A stretch of 64,000 nt of DNA, from positions 104,145 through 168,144 of IMG/VR virus record IMGVR_UViG_3300023174_000056; one strand, given 5' to 3'. Position 1 is the first letter of the stretch, and the number at the start of each line of letters is the position of its first letter. The notes beneath the pieces are model-generated. The model searched no databases and was not told where the DNA came from. It was given only the letters and a program-made list of their open reading frames with translations. This document shows, piece after piece, positions 50,384-59,264 of the stretch. The DNA comes from a virus. Position numbers and translations under genes: made by a program.

Positions 50384-50426
50384 AGTATGCCACAGAGACT
50401 CGGTGTTGTCAAGTCTTCTGTGGCAT
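50384..50426 (-). promoter_or_regulatory. promoter of the ncRNA embedded in an inverted repeat
   Basis: TTGACA(50412-50407), 17 nt, CATACT(50389-50384) with TGn. Inverted repeat ATGCCACAGA/TCTGTGGCAT. Predicted start falls at the closing helix. Confidence 0.7.
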
Positions 50427-50431
50427 TTAGT

Positions 50432-50721
50432 TGGTGGAGGATTTGGGTATCGAACCCAAGTCTTACAGTCTTTTGTACAAAGTCATTCACAGGATTAGTA
50501 GAGTCGTCTACACGTATTACATTTTATTACAGTCTATTACAATTTGCAACTTTCTGTTTCTAGGCAGTTGCCGCCCAAGAATTACGCTGCTAGAGCGTAG
50601 GATTCAAACTCAACGTCTTCGTTGGCTTTTATTGTTTTGTAACATTTATTAGAGTCTGTTGTGTTACGCAGACTTCCCGCACTTTATATTTCTCTACCGT
50701 AATCGAATCCAGTTATCCCCC
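50432..50721 (-). ncRNA. ssrA: tmRNA, 290 nt, tag ANEDVEFESYALAA* (50626-50582)
   Basis: 5' GGGGGATAACTGGATTCGA; 3' GACTTGGGTTCGATACCCAAATCCTCCACCA; G3:U acceptor pair; resume codon GCC after ATAAAA; tag ends YALAA. Confidence 0.95.
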
Positions 50722-50738
50722 TTAGAAGCCTAAATAAA

Positions 50739-50780
50739 AAGATACCACAGGTGCAAGCTCTTGTCAAGACACCTGTGGTA
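50739..50780 (-). promoter_or_regulatory. tmRNA promoter overlapping a terminator-like hairpin of the endolysin transcript
   Basis: TTGACA(50767-50762), 17 nt, TATCTT(50744-50739). Inverted repeat TACCACAGGTG/CACCTGTGGTA followed by TCTTTTT. Confidence 0.7.
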
Positions 50781-50803
50781 AATTTTAGGAGGATTAAAGC
50801 TTT

Positions 50804-51382
50804 TTAAACGTTTCCTTCTAAAATCTTAAGTGCTTTTTCTGAATAAGCTACACGTTGATCGTGATGTAGTTTTCCAGTTCCATTAACTCTTAATGTAATT
50901 GTATCTAGATCCCATTTATCAGCAGCTTCATCTAATTTACGATCTTTGAAGTATTGGCAAGCAATCTTGACTGAAACTTCTGGAGTGCAAGCTAATTCTG
51001 GTTTGTTGGCTAAATCTAAGCCCAGCTTCTTGCCGTATAGCTCATAGTTAGCACGTCCAGTTAACTGGAGAACGCCACGACCAATAAACTTAGGACCGTC
51101 ACCAGCTTGGGTGTTACCTAAATTTTTACGACCTTCGTAAAGCGTTCCTGTCGGTTCAGCAGCGTCTTTTGGGTCTTTCTTGTTGTATTTAGATGGTAGT
51201 TCTTTATCGTAGCGCAATTCGCCACTTTCAACACCAATTTGTCCTAATAGTGCTGCAATACGTTTTGGAGTATTGAATCCCATTTCTTCACAGGCTTTTC
51301 CAAAAATTGGACCATAGGCTTTGATCTTGTCTGCTGGTGCTTTTGGAAAAATTGCTTTTAGTTTTTCTTCAGTTAATATCAT
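50804..51382 (-). CDS. endolysin, glycoside hydrolase family 19
   Basis: 'AALLGQIGVESG', 'LGN...GDG..F.GRG.LQLTGRANY', 'T..VNG'. Confidence 0.9.
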   Translation of the reverse strand: MILTEEKLKAIFPKAPADKIKAYGPIFGKACEEMGFNTPKRIAALLGQIGVESGELRYDKELPSKYNKKDPKDAAEPTGTLYEGRKNLGNTQAGDGPKFIGRGVLQLTGRANYELYGKKLGLDLANKPELACTPEVSVKIACQYFKDRKLDEAADKWDLDTITLRVNGTGKLHHDQRVAYSEKALKILEGNV

Positions 51383-51722
51383 CTCCCTTCTCCTTATAGT
51401 AGGTTAAAATGTCGAGCTTATTTAAATAGTTTTTAAATTGTTTTCCGTTCATTCCTAAAATACGCATAGCACCTTTTTTTGTTCCAGCAATACCCAATGC
51501 AGCTTTAAACATGGCATCACGAACAAATTTTGGAGTTGATTTCCAGATAGGGAGTCCAAGAACAGCTATTGGATTTTTATGCAATGCTAATTCTAATTTT
51601 AAAGCAATCATTTCTTCCATAGTTAAATTAGATAGCAATGTCTCAAAATACTCGTTACTCTTCTTTTTCTCTCTTAGAATTTTTATCATTGAGTAACGAT
51701 TTACTATTAATTTCTTGGTCAT
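51369..51722 (-). CDS. hypothetical protein, possible Fis-like HTH at C-terminus
   Basis: 'AL...GTKKGAMRILGM'. Confidence 0.5.
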   Translation of the reverse strand: MTKKLIVNRYSMIKILREKKKSNEYFETLLSNLTMEEMIALKLELALHKNPIAVLGLPIWKSTPKFVRDAMFKAALGIAGTKKGAMRILGMNGKQFKNYLNKLDILTYYKEKGDDIN

Positions 51723-52005
51723 TATGTAATCCTAATAAAGCATACCCAGCAATATCACGCCAAGGGCTTTCTCCAAAAGCATCTTTTTTATTTGCTATAC
51801 GGAATAATTTATCTATTACTCTAATAATAGCAAGAGCGTCCGTATACTGTTCTGGTTTAATACCATTAGGGTATAGGACGCTCAAAATTTTATGGCATTC
51901 AGCAAATGAACTACCATAGGCTGAATTTTTTTCATCTACCAAACTTCCAACTGACAAACCTAAATTTTTATATGTGTTTTCCATAAAAAAAACTATATCA
52001 TACAA
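51655..52005 (-). CDS. nucleotide-modification-associated domain (Nmad1/DUF1599-like) protein
   Basis: 'KNSAYGSSF', 'RVIDKL.RI', 'E...DIAGYALL'. True start is probably the internal MENTYK. Confidence 0.6.
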   Translation of the reverse strand: MYDIVFFMENTYKNLGLSVGSLVDEKNSAYGSSFAECHKILSVLYPNGIKPEQYTDALAIIRVIDKLFRIANKKDAFGESPWRDIAGYALLGLHNDQEINSKSLLNDKNSKREKEE

Positions 52006-52015
52006 AAATTATCTA

Positions 52016-52237
52016 TTAAACAGTTTTCTTTTTCTTGGTAGTTTTAATTTGCTCAACAGCTGGGGCTTCCTGTATGGCTTCTACTTCTTGTTCTACTACA
52101 ACAGGCTCTACAGCTTTTTCTACAACTTCTTCTACTTTTGTTTCTTGTACAGAAGACATTTCTTCTGGTTTTACAAGTTCTGCTTTTTTTAAGACAGACT
52201 CTATCTTCATTAATTTGTATCTTTTATGTGCGTTCAT
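52016..52237 (-). CDS. hypothetical Glu/Val-rich protein
   Basis: ORF with AAGGA RBS. Confidence 0.6.
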   Translation of the reverse strand: MNAHKRYKLMKIESVLKKAELVKPEEMSSVQETKVEEVVEKAVEPVVVEQEVEAIQEAPAVEQIKTTKKKKTV

Positions 52238-52248
52238 GGTTTTTTCCT

Positions 52249-53091
52249 TTATACCGGCTCCTCTTCTGGGGTTTCTGGTGCTTGACCAGCGCCTGTTAGT
52301 TCAGATTCTTTTCTGCTTTTCTCTTCTTCATATTCTGGGGTTGTTGGTTCTGGAACTGAAGTCTGCAACTCGTCTTCGAATTTATCAAAATATAATTTTA
52401 AATTTGTAATTAAATATTTATAAAATAAATCACGATCAGTCTCGTTAGCTAAAATTGAGTAAGCTTCACGGATTTGTTTTTCAACACGCTTAAAAGATTG
52501 TAGAGCTATATTTCTGCCAGTTTCATCTTCACCCTCAATACTAACAAAGGCGTCTTCTGGGGCTGCTTCTTTTGGTTTTTCTTGATCTTTTTCCTTCTTA
52601 TCAGATTTTAGAGGTATAAAGGATGGATCTGCTTCTGGCGAATTTGGATCCTTGATGTCAATCTTAACTTTTTCTTCTAGATCTGAATCTTCAGAAACAT
52701 TTTTTTGTGACCCAGCTGCTGGATCGCCTTTTGTTGTTTCTGGGTTTCCAACTGTTCCACCAGCCTTAAACATTACTGATACTGGCACTAGAAGGTTCTG
52801 CACGCTTTTAATAATATGTGCTCTAAACGATTTACGTTGTTCAATATCGGTTCCAAGTTTTTTATAGAAAGACTTAAGAATTGGAACAATTGTTTCAAGA
52901 AGATCTGCTAAAACGTTAATACCAGTTGATTCGTGTGTAACAATATCTTCTGCTTCACGAAGAATTTTACGAATATTTTTTCTAAGTCTATATTCATTAA
53001 TTCTTTCTTGAATTAAATTTGTTTTTTGTGTTTTTTTAATATCTCTAAGAGTTGCTTGAATATATTCTCTTAATAGTTTTAATTCACTCAT
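52249..53091 (-). CDS. hypothetical, possible internal head protein
   Basis: Repeated 'LLREYI', 'ILREAE' segments; acidic tail. Confidence 0.55.
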   Translation of the reverse strand: MSELKLLREYIQATLRDIKKTQKTNLIQERINEYRLRKNIRKILREAEDIVTHESTGINVLADLLETIVPILKSFYKKLGTDIEQRKSFRAHIIKSVQNLLVPVSVMFKAGGTVGNPETTKGDPAAGSQKNVSEDSDLEEKVKIDIKDPNSPEADPSFIPLKSDKKEKDQEKPKEAAPEDAFVSIEGEDETGRNIALQSFKRVEKQIREAYSILANETDRDLFYKYLITNLKLYFDKFEDELQTSVPEPTTPEYEEEKSRKESELTGAGQAPETPEEEPV

Positions 53092-53094
53092 TTA

Positions 53095-56000
53095 TTATGT
53101 TTCCTCTTCTGTTTCGTGCGATTTAAAAGTACGCATTCCACCAGCAACATCACCAGAACCCATCGCTGACATTTCTTTTAATTTTTTAAAATAACGAACT
53201 TGGGTTTCTTCAGATTGCTGTTTTTTATTAAATCTAAAATATCCGATTTTATTTCCAGTCTTTTTTGAAATTAAACGATACTTGCTTTCGTTAACTAATG
53301 AAAGAATTATTTCTTGTAACTCGCCTGGCATTCTTTCTTTCATAATATTATATACTATTTCATATTGTTTTTTAGCAGAAGAAGAAATTTTTGCTGGTGA
53401 GATTTCTTTAAGCCATTGTTCAAATGTAACATTTGGATCTTTAATCATAGCTCTAGATTTTTTACCACTAAATATTCTTGGAGTCTCTATAAATTCAAGA
53501 TTTATTTGACCAGTTTTTTTATCTAAATCAAGTGGAAGAAAATCGTGATCTGTCATAAATTTTTCTATATTAAATCTTTTAACAATATCTTGATAGCCAG
53601 CAATTCTGTCGTCTCCAGCTAACCATCCAACTATTATAAATTTTTTCTTTGAACAAATATCTATAACGCTAAAAGCATTTAATGGATTTTGTTCTACAAT
53701 TTCAATTTGTGGATCAGAGCCATAAAGAGAATTTATAAGGTTTAATTGTTCTTTTTCATTTAAAGGATTTTCAGCTAAATCTTTACTTGATTTTCCGCCC
53801 TTAACTACCATAATAACAATTTTTTCTGCCTTTAAGGTTGATAATTTCTTTTTACCCAATTGAATCATTGCATCATGGCCTTTGTGCCAAGGCTGGGCTC
53901 TGCCATTCCAAACAATAACTCTTGTACCTTTAGTTGTATCCATTTCTTTTTTCTCTGGCTCTTGAGATGTATTCAATAATGGCTCTAATTTAGCGCCATA
54001 ATATTTCTGCAATACCAATAAATACTTTTTATCGTTTGAAGATCTTGAAGTACCTATTATTTCGTAGTCATTCAACAAAATAGTTAAATTATTAACATAA
54101 TCAATAGATTTTCGTTCTGAATCTCTATCTAAAATACTTTTTTTAGATTTAATAGATTTTGTTATACTTTTAACTTCTTCTCTTGCTTTACCTATAGCGA
54201 TATTAAGATTTTTTTCTAAATTATTTAAAGCTTGTTCATAATTTGGGACAAGAGATGCAACGGCTTGCTGTAGGGTCGCATTATTTTGCTTAATACTGTT
54301 TTCAAGAGTTGTTAATATATTTTTATCTGTTGTACTTGGTAAAGATAAAATAACTTTTTTTACAGAAGTTAAAAATTCATCTTTTACATTTTCAGAATTT
54401 TTTCTATCTTCCCAAACCACTTTAGCATTTTCAGCAAATTTTTGTGAAGTTCCTTTTACTTCAAACACTTCACCATCTTTAGCTTTTATTCTTAAAACAA
54501 CTCCCTCTACGTTTGAATCTTTATCACCAAGCTTAGAAGAAACAGCATCTGCATATTTATTTAATATATTCTGTAGTTTTGTTCGTACAGAATTCATTTT
54601 TTCTATTAATTTATCTTTTTCAGAATTTTGTTTTCTACTTTTTAATATATTAATAGCTTCTTCAAATTTTTCTGGTTTTAAATATTCAGCCAAATCTCCT
54701 AGTTCAAATGGTATAACTCCTGGAAGTCTCATGTCGTCGTCATTTGAATAAATTTTCCATTCCTGCTCAAAACCAGAAGAAAGCTTTTTAAAATTAGATA
54801 TTATTTCAGAGCTAACGGCTGGTTCTGGCCTTACCCAATCATTTTTTTCTTCGCTCCACTTTGAGCATTTAAAAATAACTGACCCTCCAAATTTTCCAAA
54901 CTTGTCTTTTTTGTATCTTGTAGAAGCAAATACAACATCTCCAGATTTGCTTCCTTGATGCGTAAATACTGGAAACATTTCTGAATCAAATCTTACTGGT
55001 CCATACGTTTTATAAATTTGTTGGAGGGCTGATTGAAATTTTTTATTATCATGCAAATAAGTAAAAGAGTCGATTGATTCTTTTCTAAAACCAAAAACTT
55101 GTTGTGCATTATCAGCAGTAACTTCTCCGCTGTAGTTTGATTCCATAAAAAACTTTCCATCTTTATTGATGCCAAAATGAATAAATGAGGCATCCATTTT
55201 TTCAACCATATCAACCGATGGATCGCTCAACAAATCAATTTTAAAACTTTCTTTTTTTGTATTTCCAGTTTCTTCTCTTAATTTTTTTAATAAAGTTAAA
55301 AATTCAACTGGGCTAAATTCATTTTTTCCACTAAAACGGCCAATAGACTCTCTGCCTTCGTTAAGCATGGATTCTTTAAATAATTCTTGATATTCGCCTG
55401 ATTGTAACATCTCTAGTTGTTCTGGGGTTAGTGTTTCTTTTACTTTTTTAATAATGTCTTCTCTATATTTTGCATACTTGTTATTGTAATATTTATTATT
55501 AAGAAAAGCATCCATAACTTTTTCAAAAGAGTTTACTTTTTCCCAAGTATAACCTGGGCCAAATAACCAAGCAGCCATCTCATCTTGATTTTCTAAGAAA
55601 TGTTCTCTTTTTACGGATATTTTTTTAGGATTTTTTTGTCTTTTGTTTAATGGATCTGGGTTTGCAATTCTTGTTACAACTTTCTCGACACCAGATTTAA
55701 AATTTAAAACATATTTATGCTCTTCAAATTCACCTTGTGGAAATTCTTCAGTAGCTATAGGTTTTGTATTTTTTCTATCAACTGTTGAAATAATTGAACC
55801 GAGAAGAACATTTCTAAAAGCCGCCTTAAAATTACTACCTTCTGGTTTTCCAGAAAGTACATCTTTCATCCAATTTTGTGAACCAACGAAAAAATCAACT
55901 TGAGCTACGCCAATAGTATTTGCAATTGGCTTTCCATCTTTATACATTGGTTGTTTTTTACCTTTTGCATCAACCAATTCAAAAGGTACATGGAACTCGT

Positions 56001-56298
56001 TTAATCCAGGTTGAAATTTTGCACCGGGAATTTGAGATACTTTTTCTTTAATAGCATTCCAAAATTCATCAGAATAAAATGGCTTTGGAAGATTCCATTT
56101 ATTTGCTAAATCTTCTACAGAAATACTTAAATCAATATCATTAGATATTTGTGCGGAAATATTTCCGACAGGTTTATAGGCAACATCCTCAAGACCTATT
56201 TTTTTCATACCATTTTCTATGGTTGAAACAACAAATTCTTTAGGGATCTGTGATGAATCTTTTCCTAAAGCTTTGCCGCCTTCTAATAGTAATGACAT
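53095..56298 (-). CDS. multidomain nucleotidyltransferase: Pol-beta-like NTase + ligase-like adenylation domain + HxGH cytidylyltransferase
   Basis: 'VGN.....SNDIDL...QVDF'; 'VEKMDAS...EGVVLR...FEVKG'; 'NGRAQPWHKGH...NPL...GDDR...R..SG'. Confidence 0.65.
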   Translation of the reverse strand: MSLLLEGGKALGKDSSQIPKEFVVSTIENGMKKIGLEDVAYKPVGNISAQISNDIDLSISVEDLANKWNLPKPFYSDEFWNAIKEKVSQIPGAKFQPGLNEFHVPFELVDAKGKKQPMYKDGKPIANTIGVAQVDFFVGSQNWMKDVLSGKPEGSNFKAAFRNVLLGSIISTVDRKNTKPIATEEFPQGEFEEHKYVLNFKSGVEKVVTRIANPDPLNKRQKNPKKISVKREHFLENQDEMAAWLFGPGYTWEKVNSFEKVMDAFLNNKYYNNKYAKYREDIIKKVKETLTPEQLEMLQSGEYQELFKESMLNEGRESIGRFSGKNEFSPVEFLTLLKKLREETGNTKKESFKIDLLSDPSVDMVEKMDASFIHFGINKDGKFFMESNYSGEVTADNAQQVFGFRKESIDSFTYLHDNKKFQSALQQIYKTYGPVRFDSEMFPVFTHQGSKSGDVVFASTRYKKDKFGKFGGSVIFKCSKWSEEKNDWVRPEPAVSSEIISNFKKLSSGFEQEWKIYSNDDDMRLPGVIPFELGDLAEYLKPEKFEEAINILKSRKQNSEKDKLIEKMNSVRTKLQNILNKYADAVSSKLGDKDSNVEGVVLRIKAKDGEVFEVKGTSQKFAENAKVVWEDRKNSENVKDEFLTSVKKVILSLPSTTDKNILTTLENSIKQNNATLQQAVASLVPNYEQALNNLEKNLNIAIGKAREEVKSITKSIKSKKSILDRDSERKSIDYVNNLTILLNDYEIIGTSRSSNDKKYLLVLQKYYGAKLEPLLNTSQEPEKKEMDTTKGTRVIVWNGRAQPWHKGHDAMIQLGKKKLSTLKAEKIVIMVVKGGKSSKDLAENPLNEKEQLNLINSLYGSDPQIEIVEQNPLNAFSVIDICSKKKFIIVGWLAGDDRIAGYQDIVKRFNIEKFMTDHDFLPLDLDKKTGQINLEFIETPRIFSGKKSRAMIKDPNVTFEQWLKEISPAKISSSAKKQYEIVYNIMKERMPGELQEIILSLVNESKYRLISKKTGNKIGYFRFNKKQQSEETQVRYFKKLKEMSAMGSGDVAGGMRTFKSHETEEET

Positions 56299-56301
56299 AT
56301 T

Positions 56302-56445
56302 TTATCCCTTTTTCTCTGTATATGGTTGAGCTATTCTTAAAGAAGAAACACCAGGAACTGATAAAATAAGTGGTATATATGGACCAGATTTATCATGCTG
56401 GGCGTTTGATGAACTTATGGCTGTAATAGTAAAGTCTCTGCTCAT
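56302..56445 (-). CDS. hypothetical protein (47 aa)
   Basis: MSRDFTITAISS...EKKG fills the gap between two genes. Confidence 0.55.
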   Translation of the reverse strand: MSRDFTITAISSSNAQHDKSGPYIPLILSVPGVSSLRIAQPYTEKKG

Positions 56446-56450
56446 TTTAG

Positions 56451-57470
56451 TTATTTAATGAATTTTTTCATCAATTCTTGAAAAATAATTTCTTCGTGAT
56501 TATTAAATCTTTCTTTAAATAATCTTTCTTTTTGTTGGAATAGTTCTGGGTATGGCATTGATTTTGATTCATTTTTTGATTCTTTGCAAGCGTGTTGCTT
56601 TCCTTCTTCATACATAGAACCACATGCTTCACATTTCATTTTTTTAACCTCTTCTAGGGCTTCAATATATTCTGCACCATCACCAAAATTAGCAGATCCT
56701 TCTTTTTTTGGTTGTTTTTTTAATTTATTCATAATATCTTTTTGCTTTTCCAATTCTTTTTTATTTCCAGTGTTTTTTGAAATAGCAATTTTTTTAGCTG
56801 TTACTGCAAAATCTCCACCTGTAACCTTAGAGCCATCACCTGCTGGATCTGGTTTCTCCTCAGTCATTTTTTTACCTTTTCCATGAGCAACTTTTCCTTT
56901 TTCAATATTAGCTTTGATAGCATGTGCCGTAGCAGTTGCTTCTTTTTTGCTTTTTCCTGGATAGGTTTTCTCAACGCTCTTTTTTATATGGGACAAAGTT
57001 TGCTTTTGCTTTTTTGTAGCCTCATTAATTTTTTCACTCATAATGTTCCCCTCTCTTTCCATTTTTTTCATATCGCACCAGTCTCTAAATATCATATTAC
57101 CACGTTCAAAGGCTTCTCTCTCCATTTCTCTAAGTCCTTCATCGTGAGAAGCATAAGCTGGATCTGTTGCAGTTTTACTAAGATCTACGCTTTTATCTGA
57201 TCCTCTGCATTTTTGTTCATGGTGTATCAATTCATGAGCAAACGATCTTAAAATATCTTTTGCGTGTCGATTTGTTGTAAATAATACTATCTTTTCCTCT
57301 TCTGGGTCGTAATATCCAGTTTTACCGAACATATCTTCTGCATTAGTTTTATCTGCTCTTAAAGATAATTTTGGCGTGCGGTCTAAATTTAATTTGCTTA
57401 AAGCATAATTATAAAATTCTTTTATGAATTTTTTAAGATCATCGTGACTAATATTTTCTAGTATTAACAT
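56451..57470 (-). CDS. zincin metallopeptidase domain with charged C-terminal region
   Basis: 'GYYDP', 'RSFAHELIHHEQ', 'MEREA'. Confidence 0.7.
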   Translation of the reverse strand: MLILENISHDDLKKFIKEFYNYALSKLNLDRTPKLSLRADKTNAEDMFGKTGYYDPEEEKIVLFTTNRHAKDILRSFAHELIHHEQKCRGSDKSVDLSKTATDPAYASHDEGLREMEREAFERGNMIFRDWCDMKKMEREGNIMSEKINEATKKQKQTLSHIKKSVEKTYPGKSKKEATATAHAIKANIEKGKVAHGKGKKMTEEKPDPAGDGSKVTGGDFAVTAKKIAISKNTGNKKELEKQKDIMNKLKKQPKKEGSANFGDGAEYIEALEEVKKMKCEACGSMYEEGKQHACKESKNESKSMPYPELFQQKERLFKERFNNHEEIIFQELMKKFIK

Positions 57471-57484
57471 GTTATATAATAAAA

Positions 57485-57513
57485 AACTACCTATGTCTAT
57501 GACATAAGTAGTT
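57485..57513. promoter_or_regulatory. inverted repeat containing ACTACTTA motif (candidate late promoter)
   Basis: AACTACCTATGTC-TAT-GACATAAGTAGTT. Confidence 0.45.
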
Positions 57514-57536
57514 CTTAGAACAATTAAATGTATTAA

Positions 57537-57680
57537 TTAGTAAATATCTATAATAACTACGCCTTCTTCTTTTTTAGTTTCCTGTTCTTTCTTTTTTAGA
57601 TACTGCTCATATTCATAGGAATAATCCGGTAGCTCTAGTTGAATTTGAACAGGCTGTTCTTGAGGTTTATATTTTTTCAT
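57537..57680 (-). CDS. hypothetical protein (47 aa)
   Basis: MKKYKPQEQP...IIDIY with AGGAGG RBS. Confidence 0.65.
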   Translation of the reverse strand: MKKYKPQEQPVQIQLELPDYSYEYEQYLKKKEQETKKEEGVVIIDIY

Positions 57681-57713
57681 GTAAAATACCTCCTATATTA
57701 TCTAGTAAGTATT

Positions 57714-57941
57714 TTATGAAATAGAAGAGACAACAGTTAAAAAATTTTCTTGAGTGAACTCAGTATACATATCCCCACCATTAAATGGAATATCTGGGTG
57801 AGGAAGATACCTGACCTTAAAGTATTTTATTGTTTGCCTTGAATCTATAATGATATATTGAGTATCGCCGTTATCTAACAATACTCCATAACGCTCAATT
57901 TCATCAGTAAAATTATTTTTTACCATATCTCCAATTTTCAT
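57714..57941 (-). CDS. hypothetical protein (SH3/KOW-like MKIGD start)
   Basis: ORF coupled in operon. Confidence 0.6.
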   Translation of the reverse strand: MKIGDMVKNNFTDEIERYGVLLDNGDTQYIIIDSRQTIKYFKVRYLPHPDIPFNGGDMYTEFTQENFLTVVSSIS

Positions 57942-58126
57942 GCTTGACCTACAACTTTCTTATAAGTTCTTTGATCAATGTAAGATATAAATTCTAAATA
58001 GTATTCTGGTGTTTCAACCATAAGCTGACTTAAAAATTGGGCTTTACCAGTTTGCGAAAGATCTTTAAAGGCTCTCAAAAGAATTCTTGCCGCAATTTTA
58101 TTTATTTCTTGTGATGTATGGGTCAT
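57938..58126 (-). CDS. hypothetical protein
   Basis: ORF coupled in operon. Confidence 0.6.
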   Translation of the reverse strand: MTHTSQEINKIAARILLRAFKDLSQTGKAQFLSQLMVETPEYYLEFISYIDQRTYKKVVGQA

Positions 58127-58694
58127 AAGAATTCACAAAAGTAAACGCTGGTACGTCTTCTATTTTTTTAGAAAGAATATCCCATACAGCTAAAGTTCTT
58201 TTACAATCAACAAGAGCGGTGTGAGCCTTACCTTCAACTTTAATATTAAAGTGAGCGCACATTTTATCCATAGATGTACTTTTTAAAGAACCTTCATTCA
58301 ATAATTGAGTTGCCATCCATTTTGTATCCATATATGGAGGAAATTTAGGAGGATCTTCGTTCCAGTTTGCAAAAGATTGTTTAATAAATTTCAAATCAAA
58401 AATAAGATTTTGTCCTAGCATAATATCACAATTTTCAATTTTTTCTTTTATAAGTTTAAAATGTTTATTAATTGGTTTTGTATTTTTCCATTTAATTTGG
58501 GTAAAACCATTTATAGCTAAAGCCACCTCTTCTGCTGTTTCTAGATGAAGAGGTTTTATATTTATTTCTGTTTCATCTAAAACTTTGTATGACTGGTTCA
58601 CAGACATTTCAATAAGCAAAAATCCAATTTGAATTATTTCGTGGCGGGTTATATCTAGCCCAGTTGTTTCAGTATCGAGTACTAATATTTTCAT
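58098..58694 (-). CDS. DEDDh 3'-5' exonuclease (DnaQ-like)
   Basis: 'LDTETTGL', 'EIIQIG', 'N..FD', 'AHTALVD'. Confidence 0.92.
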   Translation of the reverse strand: MKILVLDTETTGLDITRHEIIQIGFLLIEMSVNQSYKVLDETEINIKPLHLETAEEVALAINGFTQIKWKNTKPINKHFKLIKEKIENCDIMLGQNLIFDLKFIKQSFANWNEDPPKFPPYMDTKWMATQLLNEGSLKSTSMDKMCAHFNIKVEGKAHTALVDCKRTLAVWDILSKKIEDVPAFTFVNSYDPYITRNK

Positions 58695-58701
58695 ATAATT
58701 G

Positions 58702-59220
58702 TTACCTATTTAACCAAAATTTCCAAGTTGGATGTAAATAATTTTCATTATAAAATCCAACAATTTCATTCACAAAAGGAAGAGAAGGTGGTTTTTTTGG
58801 CTGTTTTTTTAATTTTATATTACAATCTTTAAGTAGTTTCTCACCCTTCTTTTGGTTGCAATCATAACAAGAAACAACTACATTTTCCCAAGAAGTTTTA
58901 CCACCAGCAGCTTTGGGATGAACATGATCAATAGTAAAAGTATTAATATTTACATGTTTATTGCAATACTGGCACATCCCCTCATCACGTAACCAAATAT
59001 TTCTACGAGAAAAACGTACTGAATTAACACGCTTCATCTTGCCAGACTTCATAACAATAACTGAAGGAATCTTCATAGAAAAATTTATAGAACGAATTTC
59101 TTCGTCATATTCTTCAAGTGTTGTAACTTTATCTAGAAAAACTAGCGCAACTGCTTTTTTCCAAGAAATAGTACCAATTGGTTCATAATTTGGTGAAAGT
59201 GCAAGTACCCTCATGTTCAT
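58702..59220 (-). CDS. HNH endonuclease
   Basis: 'RD...CQYC...TIDHVHP...GG..SWENVV.SC..CN..K'. Confidence 0.92.
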   Translation of the reverse strand: MNMRVLALSPNYEPIGTISWKKAVALVFLDKVTTLEEYDEEIRSINFSMKIPSVIVMKSGKMKRVNSVRFSRRNIWLRDEGMCQYCNKHVNINTFTIDHVHPKAAGGKTSWENVVVSCYDCNQKKGEKLLKDCNIKLKKQPKKPPSLPFVNEIVGFYNENYLHPTWKFWLNR

Positions 59221-59235
59221 CCCTCTCTAGCTTCT

Positions 59236-59264
59236 AAGCTAACCTATATTTATTCTAGTGTCAA
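59236..59264 (-). promoter_or_regulatory. sigma70-like promoter
   Basis: TTGACA, 17 nt, TAGCTT. Confidence 0.5.

Noticed and set aside
50369-50652. Plus-strand ORFs 50369-50563 and 50431-50652
   Set aside because: They are antisense to the tmRNA and lack RBS or protein features.
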